In this document: piece after piece, positions 17,351-23,860 of the stretch
Layout of the letters: each line of letters opens with the position of its first letter
Position numbering within the stretch: position 1 is the first letter of the stretch
DNA from: a virus
Strand: one strand, 5' to 3'
Virus record (IMG/VR): IMGVR_UViG_3300002092_000022
Coordinates: 1-32,889 of that record
DNA length: 32,889 nucleotides
Notes under the pieces: generated by a model
Databases searched by the model: none
Told to the model about the DNA's origin: nothing
Seen by the model: the letters and a program-made list of their open reading frames with translations, nothing else
Program-made: the position numbers and the translations under genes

Positions 17351-17902
17351 ATGACTGATACTGATCAAGCTACTAAAGAAAAGTTTATGAAGGAGTGCTT
17401 AAAGATTTGGAACGCAATACAGACTGCAAACGCGATCGAGACACGCTGGGGGTATTTTATTTACAATGATCTGGCCACCACGGTTAGCCCAGGGGATATC
17501 TACCTAGAGGATTACGGCGATCAGTTTCTTCTCTTCTCGCTTGAAGCACTAACGATTGCACGCGAAGAGGAAACCAATCTCGATAAGTTAAATTGGATTG
17601 ACGCGAATATTGAGCTAGCCACGGAAGACCGTGCTAACAAGGCTACCGCTCAAAACATCATCGACTCGTACAAGACTTTGGTAGAGGCGCATAAAGAAAC
17701 TTTTAATTATTTAGATCAAGTGTATGTGCGTGATCGTAAGAGTGACCTAGAGAAAATTTCTGGAATCGGCTTTGTTGAAAAACAGTTAAAAGACTTGATG
17801 CTAAAAAGTAGTTACGATCACAGAACTGCTGAGATTGCTTATGCGTTATCTGCGAGGCCGATAGGTACTGGTAACCAAGAAAACAAAGGGGATCCAGAAT
17901 GA
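17351..17902 (+). CDS. Acidic protein, unknown function (plus-strand accessory gene).
   Basis: 183-aa ORF, AT-richer than the flanking sequence, coupled to the next gene by an ATGA overlap. Confidence 0.6.
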   Translation: MTDTDQATKEKFMKECLKIWNAIQTANAIETRWGYFIYNDLATTVSPGDIYLEDYGDQFLLFSLEALTIAREEETNLDKLNWIDANIELATEDRANKATAQNIIDSYKTLVEAHKETFNYLDQVYVRDRKSDLEKISGIGFVEKQLKDLMLKSSYDHRTAEIAYALSARPIGTGNQENKGDPE

Positions 17903-18252
17903 ACACGGCATCAGCGGACGAATTTAATAAACTACTCGCACTAGAGAAGGCTCACTACTACGTGAGCACCTACCCAAATAACCTAATTGTTACTCGCAAT
18001 ACTTTAGACATGATGAAGCTCAAGAAGATACAGCCAGAATCCTGCTGCGTTATCGGAGAGTTCTTCCTGCTTGACTACGTTAACGAGGATGAGGTCTTAG
18101 GTGGCTACTGCCCGAATGCGATCATCGCCATCGTTACTTGTACCGCGCTAACACAAGCGAGAGCCGAGGCTTCCCTGGAAACCAAGGTAGCCATCGCTTT
18201 AACACTCAACGGTAAGCCAGCACCAGCACCATGGGCAGAAAGTGCCCTATGA
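17899..18252 (+). CDS. Small protein, member D of the four-member paralog family.
   Basis: Shares LLALEKAH... and ...ALTQARAEASLETKVAIAL with the ORFs at 21261, 22115 and 22305. Confidence 0.6.
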   Translation: MNTASADEFNKLLALEKAHYYVSTYPNNLIVTRNTLDMMKLKKIQPESCCVIGEFFLLDYVNEDEVLGGYCPNAIIAIVTCTALTQARAEASLETKVAIALTLNGKPAPAPWAESAL

Positions 18253-18526
18253 GGGGCGATCTATTTAACATAGTTCAGAGTAAGAGTACAGAGACAACTG
18301 CGTGACTAACGCGGTTGTCACAGCGTGACAGGTATTTACTAATCACCAACAAGACTGTTCCTAGAAGCCATTCTCAGCAGACCAATCCAAAATGCTAAAA
18401 AGTAGCAAAAACAGTGTAAAAAGTTGAGCGTGAAAACGCTGTAGGAACGATCCTAAGGGCTCGAATTTTTAGGGGTGCAGGTATTCTACCCCGCTAAATT
18501 ATTGAGCCTATTTTGAGCATGAAAAA

Positions 18527-18617
18527 GCCCCCAATCAGGACTCGAACCTGAACCTCACTTCTAGGGTTGCAACCACTTGGGTTCCTAGAAGCTGCTCTGC
18601 CATCGAGCTCTTGGGGA
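18527..18617 (-). tRNA. tRNA-like gene with canonical acceptor, D and T arms but a 26-nt anticodon loop. Isotype undetermined; may be intron-containing, degenerate or a decoy.
   Basis: My hand fold gives: acceptor TCCCCAA/TTGGGGG, D arm GCTC-GATGGCA-GAGC, T arm TCAGG-TTCGAGT-CCTGA, anticodon stem GCTTC/GAAGT enclosing 26 nt. No CCA is encoded. Confidence 0.6.
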
Positions 18618-18675
18618 CTTCTATCTAATAGCCTGCACATGATGCTAAGCAACAGAGATGCAGGCACTGACAACT

Positions 18676-19233
18676 TTAACTATCGGCGTCAATTTCTTGG
18701 TTCTCTTGGATTACAGGTAACACTGGACCGATCCCGCTCAACTCATTCGCTAATCGCAGCAAGTCCGCATCGGTAACCGTGGAGACCTGCGACTGCATCG
18801 GACCGCCATCAGGGCCGCTGAGTTCAACCTTCTGAACATTCTTCCCGAACTCATCAGGCCAACCTTTTTCTAGCAAGAAAGTGTTAGCCGTAACTGAACC
18901 ATTCTTAGCAAGGACCCGAAGGTTCCCCAGGAACTCCTGCTTGTAAAACGCTCTCGCCCGCTCAATCGCGTCCACGAAGTTGACATACACGTCATTCTTA
19001 GGATTCGGACGCGCCTCTTTCGGAGTAGCAGCACGACCCTTAGCATCAAAGTCATCCCAGGCTTCCCGGATAGCAGACTCAGCATTACCAATCGACTTCC
19101 ACTTATGGAAAACCGAAGGCGAAATACCAGATAACCGAGCCGAGTCAATAATAGACATACCATTCACGACACGAGTCGTAATCTCCTCAGCCAGCTCAGC
19201 TGTAGGTTTTGGACGGAAAGATGATTTAGTCAT
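18676..19233 (-). CDS. terS: Terminase small subunit candidate (HTH DNA-binding protein).
   Basis: N-terminal HTH (MSIIDSARLSGISPSVFHKW) and the block ...ANTFLLEKGWPDEFG, which is typical of small terminases. Lies 3.6 kb from terL. Confidence 0.6.
   Translation of the reverse strand: MTKSSFRPKPTAELAEEITTRVVNGMSIIDSARLSGISPSVFHKWKSIGNAESAIREAWDDFDAKGRAATPKEARPNPKNDVYVNFVDAIERARAFYKQEFLGNLRVLAKNGSVTANTFLLEKGWPDEFGKNVQKVELSGPDGGPMQSQVSTVTDADLLRLANELSGIGPVLPVIQENQEIDADS
18680..18695 (-). promoter_or_regulatory. Motif i, copy 2: AAATTGACGCCGATAG.
   Basis: Lies in the last codons of terS (..EIDADS*), with 62 nt between it and the tRNA-like gene. Confidence 0.55.
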
Positions 19234-19237
19234 ACAC

Positions 19238-19260
19238 CTAATAGTGCGGGCTGGTGACGG
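19238..19260 (-). promoter_or_regulatory. Motif ii, copy d: CCGTCACCAGCCCGCACTATTAG.
   Basis: Ends 4 nt before the terS ATG, so the transcript may be leaderless or nearly so. Confidence 0.5.
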
Positions 19261-19264
19261 AAAA

Positions 19265-19324
19265 TGTTATAAATTGTTATCAGGTTTTTGTTAACACCTG
19301 TTAACCCTTGATAACTTTGATAAC
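19265..19324. repeat. Six helically phased copies of TG(T/A)TA(A/T)C.
   Basis: Copies start at 19265, 19275, 19289, 19299, 19309 and 19318 (spacings 10, 14, 10, 10, 9). The first four are in the TGTTAxC form and the last two are TGATAAC (inverted sense). Confidence 0.7.
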
Positions 19325-19347
19325 CGAAAAACACAGAAATCCAATAA

Positions 19348-19367
19348 TCACGCCGATGTATCTATCA
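19348..19367 (+). promoter_or_regulatory. Motif i, variant copy 9 on the plus strand: TCACGCCGATGTATCTATCA.
   Basis: The only plus-sense copy. It precedes the plus-strand gene at 19406. Confidence 0.4.
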
Positions 19368-19405
19368 GCAAGTCAAAAGAACTTGCACGACAGAAAGGCA
19401 GTCAG

Positions 19406-19732
19406 ATGTTTGGAACCGTGTATGTAGATACAGAAAAAGAAACTAAAGACTATATAGAAAGCAAACCAACTATCAAAGTGTGGATGGTAAATATCTTCGG
19501 CTCTTCTAAAACTTATAGAAGCAGCTTCATTTTCTTATCTGAAGAAGATGCGAAAAAATACGTTATCGAAGAATTTATAAAGAATCAATATGCAAGGTAT
19601 CTAAGTAATCTTCAAGAGGTGGGCAGGGCTCTAGTATTCTCAATGGCTAGGAATAATGATTCGATCAAATATAGACTCCGAAGTACCTTTTTAGTCACAG
19701 ACTTAGAAAGATACTTCGGAGTCTATATTTGA
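19406..19732 (+). CDS. AT-rich moron-like gene, unknown function.
   Basis: 108-aa plus-strand ORF, visibly AT-rich, followed by its own strong hairpin terminator. Confidence 0.55.
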   Translation: MFGTVYVDTEKETKDYIESKPTIKVWMVNIFGSSKTYRSSFIFLSEEDAKKYVIEEFIKNQYARYLSNLQEVGRALVFSMARNNDSIKYRLRSTFLVTDLERYFGVYI

Positions 19733-19803
19733 TAAAGCTATAAAAGTATTGAGAAATGAAGTTGAAATAATCGAAAAGTACACCTGCTAAACCCCGACAT
19801 AAA

Positions 19804-19836
19804 GAAGGCCCGCGATCATCGTGATCGCGGGCCTTC
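19804..19836. terminator. Bidirectional hairpin terminator between convergent genes.
   Basis: Perfect 15-bp stem GAAGGCCCGCGATCA/TGATCGCGGGCCTTC with a 3-nt loop. Confidence 0.8.
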
Positions 19837-19897
19837 TTGCTTGTGCGCTTTACTTTAAGGTTTTCCAGTAACTTATTCGGCTATTGAATAATTCCAG

Positions 19898-20461
19898 TTA
19901 ACCCTGCAACACTTCCACTTCAGCCATAGAGATAGCTGTTCGATACTCGATCCCCTCGACAACGAGATCCGAAGCTACTCCAAGCAGGCGAGCCCTATCG
20001 CGAGTGGGTGATTGGATTCCAGGGTCAGCCAGATTCCAAGCAACCCAAGCAGGAAGCAGTGCTCCGAAGAGCTCAGCATCAACACCATAGGTCAATGTGT
20101 TCAAGCGGTCACCAGGTATCGCGATCATCGCCTCGATATAGACGCCGTCAATATGTTGCATTGTGTCATCTATACGCACAAACTGCGTCTTAGGATCCCA
20201 AGGTGAAATAGCTTGCGTCTTAGCCAGAATTGATCGCGCGAGACGCAGTTGCTTCTCCAGTGCCTTGTCACCAGGTTCACTACAGATTCCCCAAGTGCGG
20301 ACTTCTAGGATCGCCAAGGTTTCAATGGGTCCAGAATTATGCTCGCCAATATGCCGAGAAATATGGTGACACTCTCTAACTTGCAGGGGAGTCGGGATTG
20401 TCGGGATCCCAGTCATCATATCGCGTTCAGGAAGATGCGGCCAAGGCTGTGAGTTACTCAT
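19898..20461 (-). CDS. Hypothetical protein.
   Basis: 187-aa ORF, the first gene of the leftward early block. Confidence 0.6.
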   Translation of the reverse strand: MSNSQPWPHLPERDMMTGIPTIPTPLQVRECHHISRHIGEHNSGPIETLAILEVRTWGICSEPGDKALEKQLRLARSILAKTQAISPWDPKTQFVRIDDTMQHIDGVYIEAMIAIPGDRLNTLTYGVDAELFGALLPAWVAWNLADPGIQSPTRDRARLLGVASDLVVEGIEYRTAISMAEVEVLQG

Positions 20462-20501
20462 ACCCTAAGTATACCGGCTTTTGTATATCGGGGCTATACG
20501 G

Positions 20502-20891
20502 TTACTGGTTACCAGTTACAGTGTTAGGTGTTGAGGTCTTAACAGTTACTTGAGCGGAGTTGATGTTGCGAGTCTGGTAGCCGTATTCATTGAAGCCCAA
20601 TGGTGCACTTGGATACACGGCAGGCTTGATGGCTGGAGTTGTATACACGCGCTTAGCATTCAAGCATTGACGGCACGTCCTGCGACCAGCTGAATTTACG
20701 ATCGTATTCTCTGGGGTGTATTCGTGACCCTCGGGGCACTTAGTTACTAACTGACCTGACTTTGGACCGCGACGCAAGTTATACCGAGCACGACGAGCCT
20801 CGATGCCAGTTAAGTGCTGAAGTTCCTTTAGCTTCTCAACGCGAGCCATCTCGTCCAAGTATTCGCTGTAGTCATTATTTTCGATAGCCAT
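20502..20891 (-). CDS. Zinc-ribbon / HNH-like domain protein.
   Basis: CPEGHEYTPENTIVNSAGRRTCRQC motif. Confidence 0.55.
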   Translation of the reverse strand: MAIENNDYSEYLDEMARVEKLKELQHLTGIEARRARYNLRRGPKSGQLVTKCPEGHEYTPENTIVNSAGRRTCRQCLNAKRVYTTPAIKPAVYPSAPLGFNEYGYQTRNINSAQVTVKTSTPNTVTGNQ

Positions 20892-20892
20892 T

Positions 20893-21264
20893 TTATTTGC
20901 TCCTTATTTTTCCTTTAACTTGAACACCTAGTGGCTCTAGATAAATATGAAAATCTTGAACCGGGATTTTCTTGCAACCTAATTCTTTAAGCAGTGGGTC
21001 AAAGGACCCGTTATCAAATACCCTAGAAACATCTAGCAAATTAGGATTCTTTTTTTTCTCTGGAGGCTTTCCTCTGTATATGAACTCACGGACTGTTGTA
21101 TAGAAATACGCCCACTCGCTCCCATAGAGTGATCCTTTACTGCGGTCATCAGAACAGAACTTCTGTGCATCTTCTACTGAGAGCATGAACTTGATGCCCG
21201 AGTTCTTTCCAGACTGCCCTGCGGTATAGAGGAATGCGAGATTATCCATCGTGAAAGCACTCAC
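20893..21264 (-). CDS. Hypothetical protein.
   Basis: 123-aa ORF, AT-rich, tightly packed. Confidence 0.55.
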   Translation of the reverse strand: MSAFTMDNLAFLYTAGQSGKNSGIKFMLSVEDAQKFCSDDRSKGSLYGSEWAYFYTTVREFIYRGKPPEKKKNPNLLDVSRVFDNGSFDPLLKELGCKKIPVQDFHIYLEPLGVQVKGKIRSK

Positions 21265-21545
21265 TTCTTGTCTCCTCCCATCACTAACGCAACAGCCACC
21301 TTGGTAGCCGGGTCAGCCGATGCTCTCGCTTCAACCAAGGTAGGACAGGGGTCAGAAAACTTAAATATCTCAGTCCTTGGGATTGGGTGTGAACAGTAAA
21401 AACATAAAAGACCTATACCTGATTTATCTTCACTAAATGTATAACCCCAATTACCCTCGTGTTCTCGTTCTATGGCTACCAGGTTATCCACGGCCTCCGC
21501 GGAATAAGGGACAGTGTCCATTTTGGTGTCCATTGGGCTAGTCAT
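21261..21545 (-). CDS. Small protein, paralog family member A.
   Basis: NLVAIEREHEG ... DPCPTLVEARASADPATKVAVAL. Confidence 0.6.
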   Translation of the reverse strand: MTSPMDTKMDTVPYSAEAVDNLVAIEREHEGNWGYTFSEDKSGIGLLCFYCSHPIPRTEIFKFSDPCPTLVEARASADPATKVAVALVMGGDKK

Positions 21546-21726
21546 TAAAGGCCTTCAAACCTAAAGCAGTGGCAAATACCCATATGATTGACGCATTGAA
21601 GAAAAAGAAGGCCTCGTTAGTTCTAAAGTCAGTTGTATGTTGAAAATCAAGTTGGACAAAGAATATAAAACCAACAATCAAAAAGAATTGAATAGCAAAT
21701 GTTAGATACCCAAATATTCTTTTCAT
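21538..21726 (-). CDS. Small two-TM membrane protein.
   Basis: 62 aa with two Phe-rich hydrophobic segments. Overlaps both neighbours. Confidence 0.5.
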   Translation of the reverse strand: MKRIFGYLTFAIQFFLIVGFIFFVQLDFQHTTDFRTNEAFFFFNASIIWVFATALGLKAFND

Positions 21727-22115
21727 TCTCCCACGCTCCCGTCCTCTAGTGCGACATCAGTCTTGTGTGCCTTCTTCATATTGCGGAGAGCCTTGCGAGC
21801 ACTGGATCCCGTGTGCTTTTTATAGAGTCTGTAAGCAACCAGGCGCATCCTCTTGGCTTTCTTGGTATCCCCAACGCAAGCGTTAACAAAGATGCTTGGA
21901 ATACCATCAAGGGAATCCTCATAAACCCGATGCTTAAGATCGAAGCTCGCAAGTATCAGCAGTAGTTGGATAACCGTTTCCTCGGTTACATCGGACTCAC
22001 TAACGGGCTCCTGATTGAAAGACTTGAGAGCCAGGTTTCCCCAGAACACGAGAGCGTTACCACGAAGAGTTGCGTAGCTAGTTAATTCAGCGAGATGCTT
22101 CTTTGTTCCAAGCAT
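21723..22115 (-). CDS. Hypothetical protein.
   Basis: 130-aa ORF in the operon. Confidence 0.55.
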   Translation of the reverse strand: MLGTKKHLAELTSYATLRGNALVFWGNLALKSFNQEPVSESDVTEETVIQLLLILASFDLKHRVYEDSLDGIPSIFVNACVGDTKKAKRMRLVAYRLYKKHTGSSARKALRNMKKAHKTDVALEDGSVGE

Positions 22116-22303
22116 TACGCCCTCCCGTTCTCTAGTGCGAGGTGAATAGCAACGTAATCCAGGGTCTCCTTGGAAGCCACAGCACGAGCGAGTTGAAGGG
22201 CATAATTCATGCCATGCATGATAATCGTTCTTTCCAGACTGCCCTGCCCTCTAGGCGTATTTCGTTCCAGCGCCAGCAGTATCGCTGCTGCTTCGGTATC
22301 CAT
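22115..22303 (-). CDS. Small protein, paralog family member C (short form).
   Basis: EAAAILLALERN ... LARAVASKETLDYVAIHL. Confidence 0.55.
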   Translation of the reverse strand: MDTEAAAILLALERNTPRGQGSLERTIIMHGMNYALQLARAVASKETLDYVAIHLALENGRA

Positions 22304-22304
22304 A

Positions 22305-22697
22305 TTATTTTCCTTCTTTCAATTGCTCGGCTACATAATCGAGAGTTGATTGACTCGCCACAGAACGAGCGTCCACGAGAGTAGGGCAGGGATATGTTTT
22401 CCAGAAAGTTCCATAATCATCATCGCTCAATTTGCACTCAGAGCATTCAGTAGTAAAAGGTTTTTCGTGTCTTCTTTCTGTATCTCTTTTCTTTCCTCTT
22501 TTGTGCAACTTCTCCACAGCCATTAGTATCGCTGCGGCTTCAAGGTTAACATGGGGAACCGCAACTGACTCTTGACCCATTTTGTAAGCATCATCGAAAG
22601 CACGCTTTAGAGTTTCCTTAACTCCAGGAATATCCTTGAAGTTAACTTTTACAACAATTGGCTCAGCTACATTCTCAAAGTATTCATCATTAGGCAT
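22305..22697 (-). CDS. Small protein, paralog family member B.
   Basis: EAAAILMAVEKLH ... YPCPTLVDARSVASQSTLDYVAEQL. Confidence 0.6.
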   Translation of the reverse strand: MPNDEYFENVAEPIVVKVNFKDIPGVKETLKRAFDDAYKMGQESVAVPHVNLEAAAILMAVEKLHKRGKKRDTERRHEKPFTTECSECKLSDDDYGTFWKTYPCPTLVDARSVASQSTLDYVAEQLKEGK

Positions 22698-23149
22698 TAG
22701 ATACTCCTTTTACAGTGTCTATCAAACAGAATGATTGAACCAGCTACAGCAACATTCATAGACTCTGTTCTAGAACACGGAATCTGAACAACTTGATTTA
22801 CAGAATTTAGAACTTCACTTGGCAATCCATCATCTTCAGCTCCTAATAGATACCAGGCAGATTTTGGATGGGCGAATTCTTTTAATGAGATAGCACCATT
22901 TATTAACTCAACTGCTATTAAAGGAATCTGACTATCTTTAGATGAAAGTAATTCCTCAATCGTATTGAAGTGAAGTAAAGGAATATGCTTATTTGTCTTC
23001 ATAGTATCGCTTGGTTGATTCTTATATCTTTTACCAACAGTAAATATTAAAGAAGCATCATAGAGATTTGCCGTTCTCCATAAGGTTCCCAGGTTTATAG
23101 GTGTTTTAGATCCATAGATTCCAATGGCTACATAACCCTTATTCATCAT
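22697..23149 (-). CDS. SpoU/TrmH-family (SPOUT) RNA 2'-O-methyltransferase.
   Basis: Three SPOUT motifs: NLGTLWRTANLYDA, LLGAEDDGLPSEV and IPCSRTESMNVAVAGSIILFD. Confidence 0.85.
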   Translation of the reverse strand: MMNKGYVAIGIYGSKTPINLGTLWRTANLYDASLIFTVGKRYKNQPSDTMKTNKHIPLLHFNTIEELLSSKDSQIPLIAVELINGAISLKEFAHPKSAWYLLGAEDDGLPSEVLNSVNQVVQIPCSRTESMNVAVAGSIILFDRHCKRSI

Positions 23150-23382
23150 GCACCTGCCAATTCACCGCGAACCAACCAAGCAGGATTGTGACCGATATGC
23201 CACTCATGGCACTCCCAGCAAACATAGGGGCGCAGGTTCCCCTTCCCATTCTTAGCAAGCAACCGAGCAGCAACCTTCGCACCACTACGATTGAAATAAG
23301 CACGCTTGCCAGTAACACAATTCACGTGCGAATACTGAAGCGCAGGACGCTCCACTTTCATTTTACGGCGCGCAGTTTTCAC
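23146..23382 (-). CDS. Small basic zinc-ribbon-like protein.
   Basis: 78 aa with the C-terminal motif [13 protein letters not shown]. Confidence 0.5.
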   Translation of the reverse strand: MKTARRKMKVERPALQYSHVNCVTGKRAYFNRSGAKVAARLLAKNGKGNLRPYVCWECHEWHIGHNPAWLVRGELAGA

Positions 23383-23714
23383 TTGGTGCCACCCTTCTTA
23401 TCATTGAAGGGAACAGCACGGCGAAGGTTCTCGGCATTAGTAACAGCCTCAAGGTGCTTTGGATTCACGCAAGCACGATTACGGCAAAGGTGATCCAGGA
23501 CTAAGTTGGTATCTGGTGAACCATAAGCAAGCGAGTAAGCCAAACGATGCGCACGAATAGCACGACCTGCTAACCAGATATAGCCATAGCCGCGATCATT
23601 CTTAGCACCAGTCCACTCGTGGCAACCGGTTACCTTGTTCTTTAATACTTTGTTTTCGAATCTGATATTAGCTTTAGTATCAAGCGTTGTAGCCATTTGT
23701 TGAGCGAGACTCAT
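23379..23714 (-). CDS. HNH endonuclease.
   Basis: [16 protein letters not shown]...AHRLAY...[21 protein letters not shown]. Confidence 0.85.
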   Translation of the reverse strand: MSLAQQMATTLDTKANIRFENKVLKNKVTGCHEWTGAKNDRGYGYIWLAGRAIRAHRLAYSLAYGSPDTNLVLDHLCRNRACVNPKHLEAVTNAENLRRAVPFNDKKGGTK

Positions 23715-23757
23715 TTTGTTTTCCTTTGATCATCTATAGGCCTCCCTGACCTACACC

Positions 23758-23777
23758 TGATCTATCGGCGTCAATTT
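23758..23777 (-). promoter_or_regulatory. Motif i, copy 3: AAATTGACGCCGATAGATCA.
   Basis: 47 nt lie between GCCGATAG and the HNH gene ATG. It directly follows a terminator. Confidence 0.65.
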
Positions 23778-23800
23778 GTGATTTACGGGAAAATGTTTGC

Positions 23801-23843
23801 AAAAAGAAATCCGCCCCGGGAGAAAGGTTAAGAACCGGGGCGG
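23801..23843 (-). terminator. Rho-independent terminator.
   Basis: CCGCCCCGG / CCGGGGCGG 9-bp stem followed by ATTTCTTTTT on the minus strand. Confidence 0.85.
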
Positions 23844-23860
23844 AAGATTATTGCGTTGTG

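Noticed and set aside
18357-18592. A 12-mer, GTTCCTAGAAGC, present at 18357-18368 and again inside the tRNA-like gene (18581-18592). I considered it as a duplication or attachment-site scar explaining the odd anticodon region.
   Set aside because: Exact 12-mer repeats are expected by chance many times in a 33-kb sequence, and the flanks do not match.
18527-18618. A selenocysteine tRNA interpretation, prompted by the possible 8-bp acceptor plus 5-bp T stem and the 91-92-nt length.
   Set aside because: There is no UCA anticodon anywhere in the loop. The D arm is an ordinary 4-bp/7-nt arm rather than the 6-bp Sec type. There is no long variable arm. A type II (Leu/Ser/Tyr) fold also fails because positions 27-43 cannot pair.
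6711-19260. Resemblance of the motif ii core (CCCGCACTATAG / CACTATTA) to the CACTATAG core of T7/SP6-type single-subunit RNA polymerase promoters.
   Set aside because: No single-subunit RNA polymerase gene exists in this closed 32.8-kb genome. Only about 8 nt are similar.
21261-22697. WhiB-like iron-sulfur regulators among the Cys-containing small early proteins.
   Set aside because: The Cys spacing (CFYC...PCP, CSEC...PCP) and the lack of the WhiB C-X2-C-X5-C cluster and the G[VI]WGG turn do not fit. I treat them as an unassigned paralog family instead.
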